NCBI GenBank assembly: GCA_024704765.1
Contig: JAKMXF010000303.1
Location: 329,897 to 393,896, forward strand
Source of the DNA: Oopsacas minuta
Taxonomy: Eukaryota; Animalia; Porifera
Length of the DNA stretch: 64,000 bases
Direction of reading: 5' to 3'
In this document: in pieces, positions 52,366 to 64,000 of the stretch
How the letters are laid out: each line of letters starts with the position of its first letter
Position numbering within the stretch: the first letter of the stretch is position 1
Program-made: the position numbers and the translations under genes
Notes under the pieces: generated by a model
What the model was told of the DNA's origin: nothing
Databases searched by the model: none
Seen by the model: only the letters and a program-made list of their open reading frames with translations

Positions 52366-53452
52366 AAGCTATCAGAGAGAGAGCTATATTTGGATATATG
52401 GGAACCATATCCCCTAGTGAATAATGTTCGGGGAAACATTATTCACAAGGAACACTATTCGCTGTGACACAGGGATATTTTCTGACTTCCCAAAAAAATG
52501 GATCATGTCGATACAATACCAAGCTTCTCTGTGATTAATTTCAATGGAAATAACTATGTGTATCTACATTTTAGTCATTTCTATTATAGGAACTCTTTAG
52601 GGAGCAAATTACAATATTTACAGTTTTGTTGTATCGATATTTGAGGATTGGCTTGAACTCGAATGGTTCTCGGACTCTCTGAGGAAGTAATAAATGTTGA
52701 GGATCTTGGTTGCAACTTCTTTAGTGTTGTGTCCTAGTTTTATAAGTGAGGGGTAGGTACTTCCTGAGTAGATGGTCTAGTGCGTCAGATGGATCCTTTG
52801 CGATTTTAGAGGCTCGGAAGGTGCTACTCTGATACGTGTTCTTACACATTCTCCTTGATGGGTGGTAGGAGGACTGGTTGCCTGTATTCTTGTGTTACAG
52901 GGAGGATTTTCTTCTGGTCAGGGTCATATCTGAAGTTTTGGGTCTCATTTGTTGCGGTCTCCTTCAGGTTGTAGGGTCCCAGCGGTAAGTCCATGATGGG
53001 ATATGTTGCGGCTACGTCATCAAAGTATATGGTGAGGACCTTCCTGGGGGTGACTTGTGGGTGTTAAGAATTAAAGTTGTACACAGGCGGGGGGTTCCGG
53101 TGCAAGCGGTAGGCCTATTGGGATCCCACATGTCGTAAGTAGAAAAAATTCGTTTGTTAAAATAACTTTTGTTGTAGATTGAATAGGTCCCATCCAGAGC
53201 CGTAGCCAGGGTACTATGCCTCTGGTCCCATTGAATGTGATAAAATTATAATTTTCTATTAATATAATACTACAAAGATGGTAGTTTCATCAATACAATT
53301 AATTATGCATGAATTAGATATGTCAAACTAAGATTGAGGAATCAAAAATAATAGAATTGTTCGTATAAAATGCATAAGAAATTACTAAAATCAAAAAATA
53401 TTACATCCAATAATTTAATAGAAGTAAAATATATAATACAGCAAGAATGAGG

Positions 53453-54676
53453 TCAAAATATCTGAAGACAATTGCTCTCACCCTGACACACAACTATAAC
53501 TCTATCTTTGTCATCTAAAGTAACTCCCATTGGAGAGCCAGAAACTTGAATTTTATGAATTAATTCGAATTTTGGATTGAAAATAGCAATGCAATTACAG
53601 TCACAATCTGATACTAGAATATAGTTAGAATTGTCTATGAAAAAGTTACAAGGATTAGTAACTTGCTTCCCCGTTCCTCTAGAAATAACCTTCTTCTTTA
53701 GCGTATAATCAAAGTCGAAGAGATGAATGCAAGGATTTGATTCATCTAGAACATAAATGTAATCAGCAGATAGTTTGATGTCCAGGGGTTGTTTGAGATC
53801 ATCACCACCAAATTGAGATTTGAAAACAAGATATTTTGTGACTACTAAGATACGATTATTAGAATTATCACATACATAAATATCTTCGTTTGATTTATCA
53901 AAAGTTAAACCTAATGGCTCGATAGAGTCTAATCCTCCTTTTATATATTTTCCAATTTTAGATTTAAAAGTACCATCAAGTTCATAGTTTAGAATACAGT
54001 TGTTACTTTGAGAAATAAGAATTCTATCACCACAAATTGCGATGCTAGTAGGATAGTTCATTACTCCATCTCCTTGAACCTCTTTAATCTTCGACAAACA
54101 ATTGGCAGAACTGTCAAATACTTTAACACAGTTGTTCCATTGATCTGCTATATAAATGTTACCAGTTTTATCATCAATAGCTAAACCATATGGACCGTTA
54201 AGTTGATCAACTCCCTCTCCTCTGTCACAAACACTCACTATAGGTTGTGTCTTGCTTTTATAGTCTACAGAACTTTCCACTCTATCAACCAGATGACCTA
54301 GTTTGTCACATTCAGCTATCAGGCTTCTGTTATCACACACCAAGTGTATAGTAGGAGGTTCATCAGGGTAATCAGTTATGAGTGGAGGGCTAACTAGCTT
54401 CTGAATTGGTCTTAGAGGAATTGTTAATATGTCTAGTTCATGTAATTCATTCGATCTTTCTATGGATAACTTTTTCGCATCCAATATTTCAACTTGACTT
54501 TTATATGAGTGATAAGTAGCTAGAAACTTATCTAACTCCCTCAATAATTCAGCTTCTCTCGCTTTCAAGCAATTTATTATCTCAAGAAATTGTCTTTTTA
54601 TCTTCTCTCTAATTTTTGTTAACTGCAGTTCATAGCTGTCTTCTACTGGAGGTTTTACAATTGAACCAGCTGCCAT
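53453..54676 (-). CDS. Coiled-coil + NHL-repeat beta-propeller protein (TRIM-NHL-like, no RING/B-box), intronless
   Basis: QLNGPYGLAID..GNIYIADQWNNCVKVFD; PLGLTFD..DIYVCDNSNNRI; PLDIKL; PMGVTLD. Confidence 0.9.
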   Translation of the reverse strand: MAAGSIVKPPVEDSYELQLTKIREKIKRQFLEIINCLKAREAELLRELDKFLATYHSYKSQVEILDAKKLSIERSNELHELDILTIPLRPIQKLVSPPLITDYPDEPPTIHLVCDNRSLIAECDKLGHLVDRVESSVDYKSKTQPIVSVCDRGEGVDQLNGPYGLAIDDKTGNIYIADQWNNCVKVFDSSANCLSKIKEVQGDGVMNYPTSIAICGDRILISQSNNCILNYELDGTFKSKIGKYIKGGLDSIEPLGLTFDKSNEDIYVCDNSNNRILVVTKYLVFKSQFGGDDLKQPLDIKLSADYIYVLDESNPCIHLFDFDYTLKKKVISRGTGKQVTNPCNFFIDNSNYILVSDCDCNCIAIFNPKFELIHKIQVSGSPMGVTLDDKDRVIVVCQGESNCLQIF

Positions 54677-54872
54677 TATTTGGGATGGATATAGGTGAAT
54701 TGTGGTGAATATGAATAATAAAGAGCTAACGAAAGTAAGATTTAATTACTGAATGACATTCTGAATACGTAAAGTTATTAAATCACTTAAATATAAAATC
54801 CTGATAAGAAGTGCAGTTTTGACCGCTTTTCCATATATTAAATATGTAAATCCGCATGCGGATTTAGTGACA

Positions 54873-55150
54873 ACCTTTGGGAGACGATCAGGGTCTTTAT
54901 TTACAAATTTTTGATGTTGAGGAAGTACTTAGTTAAACGCAATTCCATTAAGACGGGATGAGCGCCTTTGTCTACGAATTTTGATGTCATGGAAGGCTTT
55001 TTTACACTAATTGAACACAATTCCATTGGGAGGGGAACGGTGTCTTTATTTACAATTTTATAGATGTTGGATGAGGATTATTTTGTACTAGTTAAACACA
55101 ATTCCATTGGGAGAGGATCACGGTCTTGATTTGCAAAATTTCGATGTGGA
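54873..55150. repeat. Degenerate ~70-80-bp tandem repeat, about 4 copies
   Basis: Recurrent AATTCCATTGGGAG..GTCTTTATTTACAA.TTT.GATGT..CTAGTTAAACAC. Confidence 0.7.
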
Positions 55151-55269
55151 AACAGTTTAAATTTCCACAAGTCCCCCATGCGATTTACATTTTTAATAGC
55201 TCCTCTTTTCACATAGATACAAAATGAATACGCTGTGGCTACAGTATCGGTACTGTACTACAAAGAACT

Positions 55270-56712
55270 GTCACGGCATAACTGGTCCCCTCTGGCCATA
55301 ACTGGTCCGGCAATATGGATACCGGTGTCAGAGGGTCAGATATCCCCTCGGACTTCTGGCACTAGGGCCAAGAGCCCCTGGACATCTAGCCCTAGGGCGA
55401 GATCTTCCCCTTTGGGGACTCTCTCTATTAATACAAAAGACTCTGCTTAATAGGGATATATCGGGACAGGGTGTATTTAGATGCGTGGCGGGTAACTTGT
55501 AGTGCTATTTCAGCCAGCCATGAAGGACACAAAGTGCCGATCTTTAAATTCGTGCAGGATCAATATATTCCTGTACAAAAATGTACCATCAAGCATACCC
55601 AGATTCTTAGAGAGACACTTACACATGAAGAAGTGCTTCTCAACAGACTTTCGCGATTATTTGGCCTTGAGGCAAATCTGTAATCCGTAGAATATCGGAA
55701 TATAATAGAATAATTCAGGATTAAAGGCTCACGAGATATGAAAACCAATGGAATCGGGGTAACATGGATCCCGACGGTTTCTTGATATACTGTCATATAC
55801 ATTAGCCCACTGAAATTGAACACATTGTTTCTCACCACAAGTGCAAGTAGTATATTAGTTTATACATAGGCGCAGAACCGGGGCCAGGTCCCACGAGAGG
55901 GGGGTGAGTCTGGTACGAAAGTACCAAGGCCAGGGTCAGTTGGGGGCCCGATAGCTAGTAATAATTTAGGTTAGAGAGAGGACGAAATAAAGTGTAAGTG
56001 GTGAATTCGAATATAACAGTTAAAAGGAAAAATAATGCCTGAGTGAATGACGCCTATGATTGTTTGACTGATAATCCTTGTACATATTTTATATATGAGG
56101 AACCCAAATATCAATTAAGGGTGAAGACTCCACTGGGTAAGGTAACAAAGGAAATCATGGCATAGTCAATAAAAACGTAAATATTTCATGCGATTGCTTA
56201 TTTGAAACGTTTAGAAATGTGTCCGTTAAATTTTTCATTCGCAAAAACAGATAGGGGCCCCGACCTGGAATTTCTCTAACGGGCCCTGCCGGGGCAGGGG
56301 ACTTAAGCCTCCCCATTCGATTCGTTACAGTCTCATAGAGCTAATAAAATATAAGTAATTGTGTGAGCCCTCACTGGATATTCGAGTGTGGGAAAGTTCG
56401 CGTCCCTGCTATCATAAATGAAATACGTACTAGTATATAGCTGATTTTTGTTTAGGCTGTGCGATGTATGGGTGTAAGGGAATCAGGGGAGGATCGTTCT
56501 GCAAAGGGTGAAGCGGTTATTGGTACCAGAACTGGTCCGGTGTATCAGCCGAGATTATACCCCGTCCTAAAATGTACTCGTATGAAGTGGACAAGCCCAG
56601 AATATGCCCAGGCATATTCTGGGGCTAATACAGCGGGGCCGGATCAATGAAGGCAAGGATGGACCAGTTGTGATCGGCCATAACTGGTCCCGGACCAGTT
56701 AAAGCGTGATAA
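55270..56712. mobile_element. Cluster of nested MITE-like fragments, possibly bounded by TGTCACGGCATAACTGGTCC-type inverted repeats
   Basis: TGTCACGGCATAACTGGTCC near 55271 vs GGACCAGTTAAAGCGTGATA near 56694; internal GC-rich islands; boundaries uncertain. Confidence 0.35.
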
Positions 56713-57479
56713 AACATTTAACAGTACCGGTGTCATTTGGAATCCTGTTCCCTCGAACACTATTCCCTAGGGAATATTGTTCCCCCGAACATTATTCACT
56801 AGTGAATCATATTTAGGGAAACAAGATTACCAGTAAGAATGGTGGGAAAATCTGTCACAGCGAAGACTGTTTCCAGTGAATAATGTCCCCTGAACGTTTA
56901 TTCTTTAGTGAATATGTTTCTTTCGAATATTATCCATTCGTAAATAGTGATATGAGAATCTTGAAATTCCGATTAAACATATTTTGTTACCCCAGTATAA
57001 ATGCTGAGAGCAAATCTCTTCCAATATTTTCAGATTTGTGTAAATTTGTTTATTCATAGTTTATACCCAAATAAGTATCGACAACTAAATTTAGATATGA
57101 TTAATTAAAAAGTGTAATACTTGGGTTCAACACAATCTATTTTGCATTTAATATTGCTTACTAAGGATAGGATACAATTTTGAAATTTGGCCGACCGCTG
57201 AAAGTCTTGAAATGGTGAATGCGGCCCTCTACCCGACCCCTGGCACTATAATCATATGATTCTTATCCAATCTAGTTTTGAACCTAATAATTGTTAAGAT
57301 TGAAATCTTACAATAATCAAGAAATACTGAGTATCCAACTTACATTAGCAGCATAGTTTAGATTAGGTTGCATGCTAATATGTAAACTATTTGAATGTCT
57401 CAATGTAATGTAGATAATTCATTCTTACATTATTAACGTAAGGAATTACATTTACTGAGATCTGTTGTCTCATATTTTT

Positions 57480-57593
57480 GGGACATAACTAGAGATCTCA
57501 GTGCGAGGCAAGGATGGATATTTGCCTCAATATATTGGCGATTACAATAAGGAGGAGACAACTGCCTCCTCTGCCTCAGTGTTAGTTATGCCC
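57480..57593. mobile_element. Short MITE-like element between two ~100-bp direct repeats
   Basis: GGGACATAACTA ... TAGTTATGCCC inverted ends; 57381-57479 is repeated at 57606-57704. Confidence 0.6.
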
Positions 57594-58464
57594 TAGTATT
57601 TTATCTGTAAACTATTAGAATGTCTCAATGTAATGTAGATAATACATCCTTACATTATTAACGTAAGGAATTACATATATTGAGATCTGTTGTATCATAT
57701 TTTGAGGCACTGTAATATAGTACCATAGAGAGTCAACATCTATAATATTTAGAGGGAATACTGCAATTTACCAACACATTGTCATATTGTTACGCGTTAA
57801 AATACCCTAGTACTTAGATTCAATGAAATGTAACCGAATATAGAATAAATATAATATGACATTACCCCTGGCTTCTTTAATTATTAAACGCGCGAACGAG
57901 CGCGAGCTTCGCGAGTATTGGAGTGCAGCATATGTATAACTATATGCTTCATATATTCTGTGATACCTGGGTGCGTGATTATTGAAACATAATTATGAGG
58001 GTGGGCGAAAAATGACCTATATCATCAGGTGCTATCCCCATGTTCATAATACATTAGGGTACGGGAAATTTATACTATGTACAATTAGCGTGCTGTGCGG
58101 GTTGCCTAACTCTAGATGAAGCCCTGATTCTGTGCTATCCTACTATCCTGGGATCTTATAACTAGTAGGTGAAATATTATGAGGCCGGTGTAACCGGTGA
58201 GGGTGGCCTGATAACTAATACAGTAGGACCAACGAGCCATCTATGGCATATTATAGCTAGTGTGAGAAATTAGTAGTCCTATTTCACTGGATTGGTTTCT
58301 GATATGCTAGCGGTATACGGATCTCAGGGATCGCCAAAATGCTTGTGTTTTAGGTCCCAAAAAGGCGATCGCACCAGGGGCAAGCAAAACACTCTGCAGC
58401 AGCATCTCGGGAGTGCATACGCTCTGAATAAACAGGTGGCGGTGTCTAATCCATAAAACATATA

Positions 58465-58771
58465 CAGTCGAATCTCCGAGATCCGGACCTCCAAGATACG
58501 GGCACCTCCCTCAACCGGGCACCCTTATTTTAAATTGGTCCAAAAGAATTTTACCATTTCATATAGTTCTCCTCATACTAACGTTGACTTCAGTTACTAT
58601 ATTTCATATTGGATTACGTTTGTATACAGTATGTAAAATTAATAATAGAATTCGAATACCTAAGGGAATTCATATGTACATTATGGGTTGTAACTACCAT
58701 AGAGTTAATGATATTTCCGAGATCCGGGCACCCTCCGATCCCACACTGCCCAGATCTCGGAGGTTCTACTG
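58465..58771. mobile_element. pogo-like MITE, TA duplication
   Basis: TA|CAGTCGAATCTCCGAGATCCGG ... CCAGATCTCGGAGGTTCTACTG|TA. Confidence 0.85.
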
Positions 58772-59028
58772 TAGTTATACACTTTGGGAGGTTACTGCAA
58801 CGTCATGTCCCTTACTTTAGGCATCTACATTTCCGGGACCGTCACGTCACCTCCCGTAAATTAGGTAGACCCTCACTGGTAATTTGTAGCAGTCCCCTCA
58901 AAATATTATAGAATAACCATGGTAATATAATACATGTCCAAATATTATACAACAGATCTCTCATCCCCCTTTGGTATATATAATTACAAATCATTTGTTT
59001 TCTCAATTAACAAACCATTTCAATTCAG

Positions 59029-60192
59029 ATGTTAACTTCGGAAAAAGTTTTCAATATTATCAATCATATTTCTCTAGATTTCTTCTATGTATATGTGTAT
59101 GTAGGTTTTATTTCCCTTAGTTTGTGGACTTTTCTCTCGATTATTTGGTTGGGAATATTGATTCACAAACTCTATGCCGAATCGAAAAGATTTAAGTACC
59201 AAGCAATGAATAAAAGTTTAATGGGTATTACTAAATGGAATGCAGTTAAAAAGAACTACAACTTGAACCGAACTAAGTCATTGCTGTTGATTCTGTTGTG
59301 TATCCTTGAAATTGTTGTATCTTTAACAACAATATATGTGTGGGGTCAAAATATAGGGATATCTAACATTACCCAAAGGAATATTGTTCATGTCCTACAA
59401 CCATTTGAAAGCGATATAATCTTCTCATTACGTTGGAGACTTATCATTACTGCACTTTTGTCCACATATATAACAGTATTCGATATTATCTCTATTATGA
59501 TCGTCAGTCTCATTGAATGCTATGCTTACTATCCTTCTAAGTGTAAACACCCAGTTCGCTATGGTTTTATACGTCTTTCATTAAAGTTATCAACGATAAT
59601 TTTGCTCAGCTGTGCGGCACAATTTGCGATTGTACAATATTGTATTGCAGTCATTCTGTTGGTTTATGAATACATTCGAATTATGAGGTTAGCTCGAAAA
59701 CTTAGCATTTTGTTGTATCAGCGATATTTCGATGCTCGCTACCATGAGAACCAGGGTGCGGAAATAGTTGCATACTACAAGGAAGCGGGTTTAAAATTTA
59801 GAATTGGATCAACTGTCTTGCTACTATCCTTTTTCTTTCATATTTTATCATTCTTCATCGAATTATTCTACTCCATTCTTTTAATTATATTATACAAACC
59901 TAAATGGTTTCAGCAAGTCTATAACATCCCCATAGAAATAGATCACATTGTTAGTCCTCATAACTGGGTCTTAAAGAGCGTTAATCAAGTTATGGTTATA
60001 CTATTTGGAACTTCTGTTAGCATTGGAGTTGTAGTCATTACTATTCCTTATCTATTCGTTACCTGTAGCTTCTTTTACAGGTTGATTAAGCAAACAATGA
60101 AATATCGTGCTTACCAAAAGTTTTCTTTTCGCATAGATCTAATTGAGAAGATAAACAAGCACAACTATGCTTATACTCAAATCATTAATTGA
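59029..60192 (+). CDS. Orphan multipass (6-7 TM, GPCR-like topology) membrane protein, intronless
   Basis: 387-codon open frame in AT-rich DNA; 6-7 hydrophobic segments separated by basic loops; no canonical rhodopsin motifs. Confidence 0.8.
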   Translation: MLTSEKVFNIINHISLDFFYVYVYVGFISLSLWTFLSIIWLGILIHKLYAESKRFKYQAMNKSLMGITKWNAVKKNYNLNRTKSLLLILLCILEIVVSLTTIYVWGQNIGISNITQRNIVHVLQPFESDIIFSLRWRLIITALLSTYITVFDIISIMIVSLIECYAYYPSKCKHPVRYGFIRLSLKLSTIILLSCAAQFAIVQYCIAVILLVYEYIRIMRLARKLSILLYQRYFDARYHENQGAEIVAYYKEAGLKFRIGSTVLLLSFFFHILSFFIELFYSILLIILYKPKWFQQVYNIPIEIDHIVSPHNWVLKSVNQVMVILFGTSVSIGVVVITIPYLFVTCSFFYRLIKQTMKYRAYQKFSFRIDLIEKINKHNYAYTQIIN

Positions 60193-61647
60193 TCTATGTT
60201 TTCCTATAGTATATCCTTAAGTAATAAATATTTATCAATCCCTGTATGTATTTGTAATTTACTCAAATAAACTATTAAAAAAAATAATAATAACAATACT
60301 GGGCCACTATACTAAAGTATAGTCGGCACATTAAAATTATGTAATTAGAAGAAATTGTCAATCAACTGCAGACGTATAACGTTAAGGAATGGACGACCAC
60401 CCTTCATATGAGTCAGTATATCTATAAATATGGGGTAATTATTATTTGTCAACAATCTTCGATTGGTTAGAAACTTTGCACACTACAAGTCCGAGTCTAT
60501 AGTATTCTGAAAGTTACAATACATTTCATTTAATAATTTTAAAGAAAATCAATTTTGAATTTCCGAAATTTCAATATGATGAAAAAAATTGTCCGGTCCC
60601 CATCACTTCCCTCTGAGTTATATATAATGACGTCACATTGACCCCTCCATATTTGGTGACGTAATCTTAATTATTGCGAATCTTCTGTTTATATTTTATT
60701 TTTCTGTACTAAGACGCTTAGAATTTAACCGTCCCACCTGTCACTCAAAGCATTTATCAAATTTTGTTGATCATTATCATATACTTCTTAATGGTAAGGA
60801 CTGTCGACTCTCCAATTCGAGCCATTGTTATCTCTAAGACTATCCAGTATTTTGTTGCAAAATGTATAATTGTTGAATAAGAAGTTGTATATGGGAAGTG
60901 TATTATGGCATTATGTGGAATACACCAATAATATACAACTTTGTCAGAGGAAAAAAATGAGAAATTTCAGAAATTCAAAGTTGATTTCTTGAAAACTATT
61001 AAATGGAATTTGTTGTAACTTTCAGAATTCTATGGACTAGTAACGCATTTGCAGTGTGCAAAGTTTCTACCAATCGAAGATGGTTGGTGAAATCATTGGA
61101 TGGTTTGACAAATAATTACCCTATGGTATGCTCAAGTTATAAGTATTTCGAATGGAGGGGTGTATCTAGGTCTAGAACCCCTAACTAACCTAATCATATG
61201 GCTAAGCTAGTTGTAGAGCGTTTTTATGATAAATTAAGAAAAAAGCTGATCGTCCATACTTGTTACTTGCGGTCTGACAGTTGGAATTGGAAGACTGAAA
61301 TTCATCCTTGCTTGATCTCCTCTCCTCTAATAACATGTTGTCCAAAATCTTATAACGGATATCAATAACCTGCAAATCTGTACATAAGACATATATTGTC
61401 CTCAATGATATTTATGTTTAAATTTGTCTCACAAGAGTCTAAAAAAAGCCTAGCCAACAGACTGGTTGTGTAGCTCAGAGCAGGCTTAATATAGTGTGCA
61501 GTTATAAATTGTATTATTTGCAGCTTTAAACTTCCATCTTGCTACAGGTTTCCTGGTGAACTTTGACTGTGTTCATGAAATTCTGTTTAAATGAAAATTT
61601 TATCATGGATGCAAAATGATATTACTAGATGTAATCAGAAAAAAATA

Positions 61648-63290
61648 TCATATCCAGTTGTAATAATATCTCTCTACCCACATTTGTGTCACAGCACTCA
61701 GAGGATCATCCAACAGATAAATAGCAGCCTCTTGATAGATAGTACGAGCTAGAGCTACACGAGCTTTCTGTCCTCCGCTTAGTGTCACGCCTCTCTCTCC
61801 TATCAGTGTCACGTCACCTTCACTGAATAACTGTAAATCATCTGTCAGACTACTAACTTGCAATACTCGCTGATAACGACAGGAATCAAAATGTTTATTG
61901 AACAAAATATTATCACGAATTGTTCCAGGTAATATCCAAGGTTGTTGAGAAGTGTAGAAAATGACACCAGTTATATTGATATGACTAGACATACCGGATA
62001 ACTCATTGATCAGACTCATGAGCCAGACTAGACTTACTTGAACCTATGTGACCTGTTATAACAACTAACTGAGCTCTATCTACTCTCAAGTTTGGCATTT
62101 TCAAAACAATTCTATTTCTGTCCTTCTCTTCTGTTCCACTCCAAGAAGCTGAGAGATCTACTATTTCAATAGAAGCGTGTTCTAACAAGGGAGACTGTGT
62201 CAGACATGTGTCTATGTATTCTGGAAGTTCTAGAATATTTGAATTAGTTTCAGAGCAATCACGGATTCTCTTGCTGTTAAAACGGCGATTCCAAAGTACG
62301 AATTACGTCAGGGCGAAGATTACTGAAAATGAGAAAACCAAATCCTAACTGAGAGGTCATCAAGGATTATTATCAGCAGCAATACTCACAGAGTAAATAT
62401 GGAATAATGCAATGAATATACTACTATTGTAGATTGAGGTAGTTATACTTTGACAGATACCAGCTAGACTGGCAAATCGTATTTCCTTCCCTCTAATCTT
62501 CTTATCTGTTTAAGGAAAGAATTCTCCCAAACATCCAAAAATTTTATCACACGCAGCCCTCTGATTATCTGATCCATCAATTCTATCCGTTTGTCTCCTG
62601 TTATAGATTGAAGATATCTGAAATGACCAAATAAATATCCAACAACCAACTGAAGAGGTATATGTAAAATTATATAGACCAACCAATGAAACCCATTGGC
62701 CCAATATAAATTTGAAAATAGTGCAATCGATAGAAGAATTAAGACAAATCCAAAAGCAATTCCAATACACTACAAAATCCAACTTATAAACATCATTAGA
62801 CATCAAATTGATAATTTGACCAATAAAAGTTTAAATAAATAGCTTTTCTATACAGAGCAGTGGTACATACAGTTCTCAGCTGCATTCCAATCGAATATCC
62901 ATCAACATTGTTAATTGCATGGTAAAACATAAGATAGATAATTATTGATGAAATTCCTATTGCATAACCGAGTGAGGGAGCTACTGCATTATTCTCAGTG
63001 AAACTTGTAGAAAGATGTGAAAATAATACAGGTAGGATTAAAAGCACCAAACTATTAATTAGATATAAGATTTCTGCAATTATGAAATGTCTACTGAGAG
63101 CTTTTGTAAGAGCTATCTTCATATCAGGTGTTGTCTTCAACTCTACCTGTCAGTACTCTTCAAATTTATCATATAGATATTCAGAACATTGTTCTCTCGG
63201 ACAAGGAAATAAGTCATTTAGCTTGAATCTGTTTCTGAAATTCGAACCAAAAATTTCCTCTTTAATCTAACTTTCTAGGATTAATGTAAA
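61648..63290 (-). pseudogene. ABCC (MRP4-like) transporter pseudogene: N-terminus, TMD1 and NBD1
   Basis: FEEY*QVEL (TGA at 63150-52), IGQIINLMSNDV, QQPWILPGTIRDNILF, LSGGQKARVALAR, YLLDDPLSAV; several frameshifts; Walker A altered to GHIGSSKSS. Confidence 0.9.
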
Positions 63291-63820
63291 TCTAAAAACT
63301 CATATGTGCAAAATCTTCACAAATTGTATGTTCATTCCACCGAAGTTACCAAATTCGTTTGAAAATTCGTTAGTCTTAGCATGGCTATGGTCGTAGCTAC
63401 TAACCAATAATTGAATTTGTGGGATTTCAAAATGTTCAGCCCAGTCCTCAAACTATTACGTCACAAATTTGATTTCACCTATTATAAATTTTTGTATATT
63501 ATACGATCTTTGGCAATGACATACTTTGACAACCAGGAGGTGGAAATGGAGTATGACACAATTGCAACTCAAGAACTGGAGGAATTCCGGGAAAGGAATA
63601 AATTGTTACGCTTGTTATTAACAAAATTACTCCATCCCCTTAACAGTTATGCCAAAGAAGTATTTCATAAATTTGTAGCAATATTCAAAGATTTTCTATG
63701 ATCTATAGTCTAATATACTCCAATACTGCATAATATGAAGAGTTGGTATTAAACAGCTGCAGAGCAGTACAATATATACGGATGATGGATAAAAGAATAA
63801 AATCAAAATTTATGGATATA

Positions 63821-63862
63821 CGAGCGCGAGCCTTTGGCTCGTCGCTTCGCGAACAATTGAGA
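63821..63862 (-). mobile_element. 42-bp minimal Helitron-like element
   Basis: A|TCTCAATTGTTCGCGAAGCGACGAGCCAAAGGCTCGCGCTCG|T: family 5' end joined directly to the 3' hairpin end. Confidence 0.65.
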
Positions 63863-64000
63863 TTTAATAATATTGATGTTATTTACAATATTCAGATTCA
63901 GCATACACTATTATCACAGTATAACCATTGAAAGCATGTTTCTACAACAATTTTGAAATTTTAGTTTATGTACCTAAAAGTAAACAAATGTTCACAATAT

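Noticed and set aside
63411-63931. Two short plus-strand ORFs at the window end
   Set aside because: No recognisable domain; the second is interrupted by the 42-bp element

Overview
AT-rich eukaryotic (animal) genomic DNA with many short GT-AG introns. The compact architecture, intronless housekeeping genes and expanded TRAF-like, NHL-repeat and orphan 7TM families suggest a sponge, probably a glass sponge (inference, not verified). The left 27 kb holds two complete fibrillar collagen genes (signal peptide, TSPN/LamG, minor helix, major Gly-X-Y helix, COLFI) arranged head-to-head with start codons about 0.7 kb apart. The middle has a divergent pair of TRAF-like genes, then eight co-oriented minus-strand genes (mitochondrial PPR protein, SEC23, CCDC177-like, GAR1, ATP5F1D, NAGK, PHAF1, MRPL13). 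Several of these are very tightly spaced, and each has a 3' splice-acceptor-like signal just before its ATG, as expected for operons resolved by spliced-leader trans-splicing. The right end has one intact and two broken NHL-repeat genes, an orphan multipass membrane protein and an ABCC transporter pseudogene. Two hammerhead ribozyme cores are present, together with a Helitron-like family (down to a 42-bp member), several TA-flanked MITEs and a long-TIR element carrying a decayed ORF. No tRNA, rRNA or CRISPR array was found. All calls were made by eye, without database searches.
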